Assembly: GCA_964502345.1 (NCBI GenBank)
Contig: CAZCWH010000001.1
Coordinates: 167 to 64,166 of the forward strand
DNA length: 64,000 bases
Source: an uncultured Candidatus Saccharibacteria bacterium
GTDB taxonomy: Bacteria > Patescibacteriota > Minisyncoccia > Phycocordibacterales > UBA918
Reading direction: 5' to 3'
Of this stretch, positions 9,397 to 18,900 are shown one piece after another. Under the pieces are notes generated by a model, which was given only the letters and a program-made list of their open reading frames with translations, was not told the origin of the DNA and did not search any database. Every line of letters starts with the position of its first letter. Within the stretch, counting starts at the first letter, position 1. A program made the translations under genes and the position numbers.

Positions 9397-9954
9397 CTAT
9401 TCTTGTGGCACTATTCCACTCACATAGTCTTTGAGTTCTTCGCTCGTGAGTGAGCCTCTTTTATGAAATACGAGATTCCCAATTTCATCATAGAAAAGCG
9501 TCTCTGGCATAGCATACCCTTCAATGGTACTAAAAAGGTGATCGTCTTGATCAATGAGGTACTCAATACCCTCTTCTCTACCAATCGTGTTTAGATATGC
9601 AAGCGCAGTTTCCTTGGTCTCCATTCGATTCATTGCGACAACCGAAATCTTATCGCCATATTCTTTTTTAATTTCACCGAGCGCTTTTAGATCACCCTGA
9701 GAAAAAGGACTCCACGAAGCCCACATGTTGATGATAAGTGGCTTACCTTGGAAGTCAGCAATATTGACCGCATTTCCGCTTAAATTAGTGTATGGCAGTG
9801 TTTCATCATGAACAATACTCACAATGTCAGCATTCCTTTTGGCAAAATATCCATTTGGTGACTTAAGCTCATAGATAACAAAGATACCAATGAGTACGAT
9901 AACACCAAGAATCGTGAGTGTTATTAAGGTTGCTTTCGCCGGATGCTTCATCAC
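9397..9954 (-). CDS. TlpA/ResA-like thioredoxin-fold protein, membrane-anchored, with CXXC replaced by SPFS (probably redox-inactive)
   Basis: N-terminal TM. The redoxin motif context INMWASW-SPFS-QGDLKALGEI occupies the place of the canonical WASWCxPC. Confidence 0.7.
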   Translation of the reverse strand: MMKHPAKATLITLTILGVIVLIGIFVIYELKSPNGYFAKRNADIVSIVHDETLPYTNLSGNAVNIADFQGKPLIINMWASWSPFSQGDLKALGEIKKEYGDKISVVAMNRMETKETALAYLNTIGREEGIEYLIDQDDHLFSTIEGYAMPETLFYDEIGNLVFHKRGSLTSEELKDYVSGIVPQE

Positions 9955-10009
9955 TTAATTCTAATACACTCGGGTGGATTTAGGGCGGTCATCTACTTGA
10001 TAACAGTTG

Positions 10010-10489
10010 TTACCCTTTAATAAACAACTCAAAATCATCTGGAGTCTCATCACTACCTGCTGGAATTAAATTAAGCTCAACAGGTCTTCCTTCAAAGGTT
10101 GCTCGCATACTCGCGCCCTGACTTGCTTGAAATTCTACTTTGAATCGTTGATTCGTCACTACTTGGGCACAGGAATCAGATGTATTAATTACATCAAAGT
10201 TAATAGCAACTTGTTCGGGCATAGACTCAGCTACCACACTGTCCCAATTGAGCAAATCACACGCAGTTGGCATAGCAACTTCTCCAACAAGTGTATGTGT
10301 ACCATCTATAAAGAAGTGTTTTGCATCAATTCTCGTAATAGAGTCATATGGACCTGCTACGGGTTCCTCGACAACTGGAGTCACCCCAGTATTCTCAATC
10401 TCAGACTTCTTCAGGTACGCAAACACAAACATACCAATAATAATGAGTATAAAGAGTACAATGGCAACTATAATTCCATTATTTTTCAT
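10010..10489 (-). CDS. hypothetical N-terminally anchored extracytoplasmic protein
   Basis: 159 aa with a TM at residues ~5-25 and two Cys. Confidence 0.45.
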   Translation of the reverse strand: MKNNGIIVAIVLFILIIIGMFVFAYLKKSEIENTGVTPVVEEPVAGPYDSITRIDAKHFFIDGTHTLVGEVAMPTACDLLNWDSVVAESMPEQVAINFDVINTSDSCAQVVTNQRFKVEFQASQGASMRATFEGRPVELNLIPAGSDETPDDFELFIKG

Positions 10490-10551
10490 AGAGGATAGAG
10501 CTAAGCTACTAATGTATACCTAGTATATCACTTATAACTTCAAGCGATATA

Positions 10552-11904
10552 TTACTCTGACGTCGGTGATGGGATGACAGGCTGAGTCTCAAAGTTAGCT
10601 TTAACCTCATCATCAGAAAGTTTTCGTTCCCCATCACCTTCTTTGATCGTTATTTCATAATCTCGTTCTGGTTGAGACGCATCAGAAATATAGAGAACGG
10701 CCCCGACAAACCCGACAATAAGGAGTGCAACTGAAATGAAAAACATTTTATAGTGCACAATGAATGTCCAAATTGTACTGAGCACATCAAGAAATTCAGT
10801 TACTCTACTCAAGCGTCCCCGAAGATCCGCAGCACCACTACGGATCGGGGCTGATACTGCTCGATATGATACAAGCCGGGCAGGCTGCTTTTTAATTTCA
10901 AGTGTTTCCTCTCTCTCATTATTTGATTCTTCTGGGTGTACACCTGCAAGAGCAAGCATTCTGCGAATATACAATTTGATCATCCATGTCACCAATAAGA
11001 TAAATGCAATTACAATTGAAAGGGTTATGAGCGTTGCTTTTACAGGAATAACCCAGAAATACGTAACCGCATCAGTACTTTTAACCCCGTTTTCTCCATA
11101 CGCAAGTGTTACTATCGCCTTGTACCGCCCAATTTCAGTAACTGAGCCCTCTCCCTTCCAGGTAAACCTGAAGTCTCTAATACTTTTTGGTAACACGTTA
11201 CCAAAATGCGATTGGTTATTAATTGGTATGAGGCCTCGCTCAGTTCCCCACATATTGGTGATTACAATATGACCACGTGGCTGTAAATGCACATTGCCCT
11301 TATTTTCAAATCTAAGTGAGAACTCTGCTTCAGGTGTATCTACAATACTGTCGAGCACTCTAAACTCTCGAACTGAACCTAGCTCAGTAACATCTCCTTC
11401 AATACGTACAAAGAAGAGCGAAGTTATAGTTTGTGATGTGAGTAATTGAAGTTTTGCCTCAGAGTTTTTTGGTGGCTGTGTACCAACGAGTATTGCTGCG
11501 AAATGCCCACCAGGGGGTGCATCTTTTGGAATTTCGACAAAAAATGAAAGTTCTCTGCTTTGCTCGGGTGGTATGACATACGGCCCATTTGCAATCTCTA
11601 TCCACTCTGCAAGTGTGTTTCTACTTTCATCCTCGTCTTCTAGAACTGGAATAAATTTTCCTTGTCCCGATTCCCCTGAAGCTGCAAAATTTACAACTTC
11701 TGCATAAACGGTAATTTCGTATGGATTTCCATTCACAACCTTAACTGAGCTTTGCCAGATATCACCTCTTTCAACTGATAGTTGAAAGAGTGGTGGTGTC
11801 ACCGTGAGCACCTGTGCGTTTGATTGAGCATGTACTGAAAATGGTAGTGCAAGAAAAATGCTAAAGATAAAAACTATACTGTTTGTTACAACTCTTTGAC
11901 TCAT
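10552..11904 (-). CDS. DUF916/CscA-like cell-surface protein (signal peptide, beta-rich ectodomain, C-terminal TM helices)
   Basis: signal peptide, then xTVTPPLFQLSV...VKVVNGNP, which resembles the DUF916 N-terminal motif. TM near residue 290 and a second TM near 385. It overlaps the next gene by 4 nt. Confidence 0.45.
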   Translation of the reverse strand: MSQRVVTNSIVFIFSIFLALPFSVHAQSNAQVLTVTPPLFQLSVERGDIWQSSVKVVNGNPYEITVYAEVVNFAASGESGQGKFIPVLEDEDESRNTLAEWIEIANGPYVIPPEQSRELSFFVEIPKDAPPGGHFAAILVGTQPPKNSEAKLQLLTSQTITSLFFVRIEGDVTELGSVREFRVLDSIVDTPEAEFSLRFENKGNVHLQPRGHIVITNMWGTERGLIPINNQSHFGNVLPKSIRDFRFTWKGEGSVTEIGRYKAIVTLAYGENGVKSTDAVTYFWVIPVKATLITLSIVIAFILLVTWMIKLYIRRMLALAGVHPEESNNEREETLEIKKQPARLVSYRAVSAPIRSGAADLRGRLSRVTEFLDVLSTIWTFIVHYKMFFISVALLIVGFVGAVLYISDASQPERDYEITIKEGDGERKLSDDEVKANFETQPVIPSPTSE

Positions 11905-12935
11905 TGTTTTGTAAGATCTATGTCGTGATGGCGGGGGTCTGAACGAGATTCACGTATGCGAAGTGGAATCGGATCAGAATCATCCTGTATATCGTCGTCA
12001 AGATATTTTTTATGCACAAAGAAAGCAAGTACGACTACAAGAAGTGCAAGCGCTGCAAAAATACTCAGAAGCATTTTGAGCGGTATCACATAAAAAAATG
12101 AAGTGTCCTGGACAGAAGCTCGCTCAGTATTTCCATATTCAATATTGAGAAATGCTTTATATTTGCCAAAAAGTCCATCGACAGGTACCTCTACCGCAAA
12201 CTCCTTCTCCTCGCCTGCATTGATTGTCTGATTATCAGTGTTTACTGGAAGTGAAGCAACTTCAACCCCTTTGCTGTCATAGAAGATGATTTCGCCTTTG
12301 GGTGTAAGTGATTCATCTCCTGGATTTTTGATTGTGTACACTGCTGCCTGATTGCCCGCTCCCGTAATAAATCTATCAATTATAAACTTGCCTAGTTTTA
12401 GAAATTCAACCTTATTGTCTGCTATTGTTGCATTAATAATACTTCCAGGAGCATCACCACGCTTTACCTGCTCTGCTGCTTCATCTCTGTTTCTTCCATA
12501 CCCAAATCCTAAAAACGCATGGTATTCGCCAGGGACTGGACTCGGATGAACTCTGAATGTGACTTCTAAGGTTTTTGTCGCACCAATCATAAGATTAATC
12601 CCTTGCCTGCTGAACTCCATCCAGGAAGAGAGGGACGCGGAACGATCACTCTCAATTGGAGAATGATACTCTTCAATCATTCCCCCTTCATTGACAGAGA
12701 TGTTATTGATGCTCGGGTAGATGGTGACCGGAGAATCACCCGTGTTTGTAATGGTTATGATCTTAGTTACAATGTCGCGTGCTTCTAGATCTAAATCAAT
12801 GACTAGTGGAGAAACAAGGTAAGACGGAGCCGCGAAGCTGACCAAAGGAAATAGCAGTGAAAGACAAAAAAGTGTTATCGGAATCCTTGTTACCATACGC
12901 ACAGATAGTATCATACTAAAAAATTGGTACCGCAA
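11901..12935 (-). CDS. DUF916/CscA-like cell-surface protein with C-terminal TM and an acidic/basic tail
   Basis: signal peptide, beta-rich ectodomain, then TM (LLSIFAALALLVVVLAFFV) plus a charged tail. It lies immediately downstream of the 2471-aa giant gene with a 20-nt overlap. Confidence 0.45.
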   Translation of the reverse strand: MRYQFFSMILSVRMVTRIPITLFCLSLLFPLVSFAAPSYLVSPLVIDLDLEARDIVTKIITITNTGDSPVTIYPSINNISVNEGGMIEEYHSPIESDRSASLSSWMEFSRQGINLMIGATKTLEVTFRVHPSPVPGEYHAFLGFGYGRNRDEAAEQVKRGDAPGSIINATIADNKVEFLKLGKFIIDRFITGAGNQAAVYTIKNPGDESLTPKGEIIFYDSKGVEVASLPVNTDNQTINAGEEKEFAVEVPVDGLFGKYKAFLNIEYGNTERASVQDTSFFYVIPLKMLLSIFAALALLVVVLAFFVHKKYLDDDIQDDSDPIPLRIRESRSDPRHHDIDLTKQ

Positions 12936-15900
12936 TATACCTTATACTTGTGCCATATACACCAGCTGGCTGGGACTGACGGACCTTGAGTTTAAAGACG
13001 ATATCGGTTATTTCATTTGTCACGGGGACTGAACTATATGCCACCTCATCGAGAGTTGTGGTACTCATACGAGCGTACGTATCAATGGCAGAAAATCGTG
13101 CATTGCTGTTATATAGTGTGTCATCACCCGAATGGTAACCAGCACAACCAGTAGCCTCAGTGGAGCAACCTGTACTCCAATCTATTGGACTTGCATTTGT
13201 TCCTGTAATAGGTGGAATAATTGCTTCACTTCCACTCATGAAGTCATCTGTTGCTATCATAAAAATTCGATATCCTTCGGTAGCATTTGTAGTAACTCGC
13301 AACCGTTGAACTGCCTCTACATCTGAACCAATCGGAAGTATGCCAAATGGGATTGTTGTTGTACCAGAAGCAACGTCTGTCGTAATACCCTCAGTCGCAG
13401 TCGACGACGCAACGCCACCAACTGAAAATACGAGTGATGCTCCTTCAGTTACAAGTGACGGATACTGTTCACTATTGTTAGTAGACACGGGGACTCCCTG
13501 CACTACATCGTAAAGTCTAAAGTAGTACACAAGGTTTACGCGAGGACCTGCAGATTGAATGGTAAATTCGTATTCTGTAGCATCACCACCTTCATGCCGA
13601 AAACCACTCAACGCTTGAGGGGATTCATTATGCGTTCCACAACCGTTCCCAACACCCGCGACGCAACTGTCTGCATCAGAAAGTGTTCCGGTCGTTATTT
13701 CACTGTTATCGGTACCACCTCCATCTGCATAGCACCAGGTTGAAGTTGCTGTACACGTACTTGTTGCGACCACATCTGCAACAGTTTCGAAATTTGCATA
13801 CTCTGAGTACTGCAGTTTAAAACGCACATCATCACGTGATATATTTTTTACCTCTTTCACTACAACTCGGAGCTTGACCGCTTGACCATTTGCAATATCT
13901 ATTGGTGCAACATTTTCTATTGCAAGTGGTGTAACGGGTGTTTCATTATTTTCATCGTCGTACCAGCGCCAATTTTGCGTTTTGGGAGTAAAACTTGCAG
14001 TTCTAATTTTTGGATGTTGGTAATAATTTCCTAATAGTTCCCCATTTGTTTCAACCATTCGGAAACAGTAGTATGTTTCTGCATTTGCACCATTTTGTTC
14101 AACAATCCAATCATACTCAATGGTCTCATTCACCTGCACTGCATGCGCATTAGCATCAGTATCATTTTCTTCCTCAAGCGTACCAGCTACATCCGAAATG
14201 GAAGGAAGTACGAGATCGCCGAGCGTAGGAGGGTCTCCGGAAAGAAGCGTACCATCAGTTGTTCCTGTGGCATTAAAACCCCTCCAGATTGTACTTGAAG
14301 CAGCGTTCCCAAGTGTGTTCCAGTTTGCTTCACTAATTGCACTACATGTTGAGACCATTGGAGCATACTGGAGCTTAAATGCCTTAGTGCCAGCTGGCCA
14401 TGTGGCATTGAGTGCCTGAAGAGACATGCGAATACGAATCCGTTCTCCTTCACCTAGTGGTTCATCAGTAGCAGTTAAGGTTGTGTCTTCACCAAGATCT
14501 TGACCCCCGACAGGCCACGGGTCTGTTGGCTTGAGTGCATTGTTATCAACAAACAATTGATAATGGAGTTGCTCGAGTGCAAGCCCTGCAGTTGGCCATT
14601 CAACAATCTCCGCACGATACGTAAGCACTGAACCAGTATTACTGCGCCAGATTTCAAATGCAGTAGATGAAGCAATTGTTATACCTGCTATCGCTCGCGG
14701 GAAAATCGTAGTAGTGAGTGACGAACGAGCATTTGCAAATATTGATGCGTTTGTAAGGTCAGTCAGAACCTTTCCATTCGGAAGCGTGACGCTTACCGTA
14801 AGCGGAGCTGTGCCACCGGTCGTAAAACCATTTGACTGAGTGACTTCCATAGCTCCAGCTGCAGTTTGTGTATTTTCAATGATCCATGCGACTGAAGTCT
14901 GTCCAGACGGGGTTGTCGCACCAGCTTGAAGAAAGTACGACACAGAGCCAACACTAGAAAGCCACACCTCAGCACCAAATTCATCTGTTCCATTGAGTAG
15001 TCGATTATTTCTTTTCTGTGTATGTATAAACGTACGAGTTAGATTACCGAGGGCTGTAATTGCCTCAGTTTCAGTAACACCAGCTGCACTGTAGGTGTGT
15101 TCACTTCGTTGAACAACCCAATTCGGACCTTTAAATTCAACTACGGCATAACTTACCCGTACTGCATCCGTGCCGGTTGCTCCTCGCCAGAAATATGGTG
15201 TATCGTTATTTGCATCCCATGCTGAAGTACTCGGTAATGCATCATAGTTTGCCGAACCAGTATCAGGGCTTTGTTGCCCCGTAATAAATACAACTACATC
15301 ATCATCGTTTGTGATACCAGAAACTATACTGCCCGTAGCACTCGTAGAAGCTACTCCATACGCAATAAATGTTTGATCATGCACTATCATTTCATTATCG
15401 GAACCAGGCTCTCCAATAAATTCAATAATTTCCCAATCAACTCGTGTCGATGTTGCGACTCCTGTTCGTGCAATGGTCACTGAAGTCATGATATTTGAAG
15501 GGTTGAGTATATACGCTGTTGTGTTTGTTGCGTTTTGGGCTGCGGTATTCCCCGAAGCGTGACCAGCACCAGTAATACCGATATTTGTGATACGAATAAA
15601 TGCACTCGTTGAAGCGTTTGGTGTTATGTAGTGCACTCCAGCGACAAGTGTTGTTGAGGTAGCTCCCATGAGTATGGTTGCAGAGTTACGCTGGATTTCA
15701 AAATCTCGCTCAGGAGATGTGGTGAGCTCTGCATATTTTGAATACGCGTTAAGCTCAACACTCGAAGCAGCAAGCCTAAAACAATAGGTTATATCATTAC
15801 CCGCATCGACTGTTTGCTCAATACTAAACTCTGCTTCGAGGTACTCCGAACTCGTAATTGATGTAGTTGCAATGATTGATGATGTGTCCTTTATTGCACT

Positions 15901-18900
15901 GTTTGGTGAGAGGAAACTAGAGTTTTCATTTGATACCCCGCCCCCCAGTATAGAAATGTCTGTACTGTCATCACCATCCGTTAAATTAATCGAATCGTAC
16001 ATCTCCCAGGCGCCGCCAGTCGCACCCACATCAGTCCATGATGTTACAGCGCTACAGGTTGTGATTTTTGCTCCATACTCTAATCGTAATGCTCTGGCTA
16101 ATGAAGTAACAGTACCTTCGTTTGAAACTTGTAACCTCAAACGTACGGGAGTTGTCTGTGCAACATTTGAAATTGCCGTATCTTCCGCGTCACCCGAGAG
16201 CGAAGTTGCTGTTGTCTCATCTCCATTATCACTTCTCCAGTGGTAGTGGGTCTGTGTAAGGACTGCTCCTAAAAGTGTCGTTGACCCATTCATATCACGA
16301 GTAATTGAAGGACTTACTGAGCCTCCTCCAGAGACAATTAAATTTGATGATGGGCTTTCCATGATGATATCGATAGTTTCATCATTTTGTGCAGTGTCAG
16401 TCGTATCAAGTACGGTGTACAAACACATGGTCGACGTCGTCGAAATCGAGACTGACCCTGTAAATGTTGAGGTCCCATTGGGTCCTGAAAATCCATCAGT
16501 ATCTGTTGAACCAAACTGGGCTTCCCCTCCCGTATAACTATCACTTGCACAATCATAGGGAGCAGTGGTATCCAAATCATAATGAAGTTCTATATTGTCT
16601 AGATCGGTTTGTGCATCAACAGTCCCATTTTCTGAAATAGTAATGCTGGTAACATTGCGAGTGCTGACATTCTCAGTAATGACAAAAGCGCTCCCCACAT
16701 AGAAATCTGTTGCTGGTATTGTTGTCGTTGCTGTCTGACTTGTGGTTGCAATGGTCACGAGGACATCTGAAGAAATATTTGCACGCGGTATAACTGAATA
16801 CGCTGAGAGCGCTTGTCCTTGATTGGTAACTCTAAAACAGTATGTATTCCCTTCTACCGCGGTTGTTGAAGCTACTATTGAATACTCTAATTCAACAAAC
16901 TCTGATGATGACAGAGTAATTTGGCCGGTTTGAGATACAGTATCTTTTACACCACCATTTGGAGTAAGGAAGGTAGCATTTTCATCTGTCACAGCACCAT
17001 TGATTCCTGATGCTATATTTGTAGTATCTGCACCATCAGTTAAATTTAGTGTGTCGACCATATCAAAATCACCTCCTGCTGAACCAATGTCAGTCCATCC
17101 TGTTGCTGCTTCGCACGTGCTTGGATTTGGCGCATACTCCAAACGATACTGCATTGCTGGAGTTGAACTACTGCCCTCATTTGATACCTCTACACGGAGA
17201 CGTGTGGTTGATCCTTGTCGCATCGCAGTCAGTGAGGTGTCCTCAACTCCGCTCGTCTTTGAAGTGGCAGTCGTTTCATTTCCATCATCATTGCGCCAAT
17301 GATAGTGAACGAGAGTAGGAGTATCGTTATACACCAATGTTGTTCCAGAAAGATCTTGTGAAGCACTTGGCCCGGCACTACTACTCGTAACGGTCACATC
17401 GCTCGCTGGATTTGCAATAGAAATTTCAATTGTTGAACTACTGTCCGCTGAATCAAGCACGTCCATGACGGGATATACACAAAGTGCTTCAGTCGCATCT
17501 ACATTAACAGTCGAACCAGTAAACCCTGATGTACCATCTGCGCCAGAAAAACCATTACCATCCGTTGAACCAAACTGACTTTCACTTCCTCCATACGTGA
17601 CACTTGCACAATCGTATGGCGACACTGTATCGAGCTCATAAAACAACTTTACGTTAGCAATATCTGCCGAACCATCGATTGTTCCAGATTCAGTAATGGT
17701 AATTCCAGTAATATCATATGCTTGCGTTTCATCAGTATTGTAAAGACTAAACACACTACCGACATAGACATTACTCGTGCTTGCGTAGAGTGACGCAATT
17801 TGAGACCCAGTAGTTGCAATTGCAGTGCTTGGTAAATTTGCGAGTGTAGCACCATAGATATCATCGTCTGTATTATCAAACCATGTAACATACAAACGTT
17901 CACTATTGACGAATCCTACATCAACTCCATAGATATCATCTGGACTAGTATTTACTGGACCTTGTTCATATTCCCATGTAGTCATCCCATCAGTTGATCG
18001 TTTCCATAGTACATTCGCTGTGTTGGCTGTGTTTGCTGTGGCCTGTGCGCTATACGCTACATAGACGTCGTCATTGCTTGTATCCAGTGCAATGGCAACA
18101 TTTGTAAGACCAAGTACGACAGATGCACTCACATTAGTTTTTGGAGTCCACGTACCCGCGGAATAGACTGCTGTACGTAGCACGTCGTTCCCTGGTGTAG
18201 CATTATCTGCAATGTACGCGAGATATACATCTCCAGTCGTTGGACTCACAGTAACAGCCATACCTACGTCATATGTCGCATTATCGATTGCGTTTGAATC
18301 AATAGTCGTAGACGCCGCATCCCACGAGCCAGCTCCATTATTCCAAACTTTACTTTCAATATTTTCTGCAGCGGCGCCGACATCGCGATGAATTGCAATA
18401 ATGTTGCCCCCTGGAAGTGGGGCGAGTATTGCATAGTTGTTAGTGAGCCCAAAGGGGTTAGTTCCTGTTTCTGACCAACTTCCCGCAAGATTACAACTCG
18501 CAGAACATTCAACTACAAATGAATCAGATGCATCAATACTGCTTGCATAGATCGTCCCATCAGTTCCCTTCGTTATTGAAATCTGGTTGGTACCTACAGT
18601 AATCGTGCCTCCTTGAGCGTTTGTCGTACTTACCGGTGCACTACCCATAAGCAGTGTGTCGCTCGTCGTATCAAGCCGGTTGTACCAAACATCATCAGGG
18701 TTAGTATCGAGTGTCGCTATATGAATGTAATCTCCTGTATCTCCGGGCGTCCACTGGTCATACCATACTTGAATAGAGATACAGTCGACCTGAGCATCAA
18801 CCGTTGTGGTACCACTCCATGTCTGACCTCCATCAGTTGTTTTGCGGTACACACAGTATCCGGGTGCGTCAACAAAAAATTTGTACCCTGTCTGATCATC

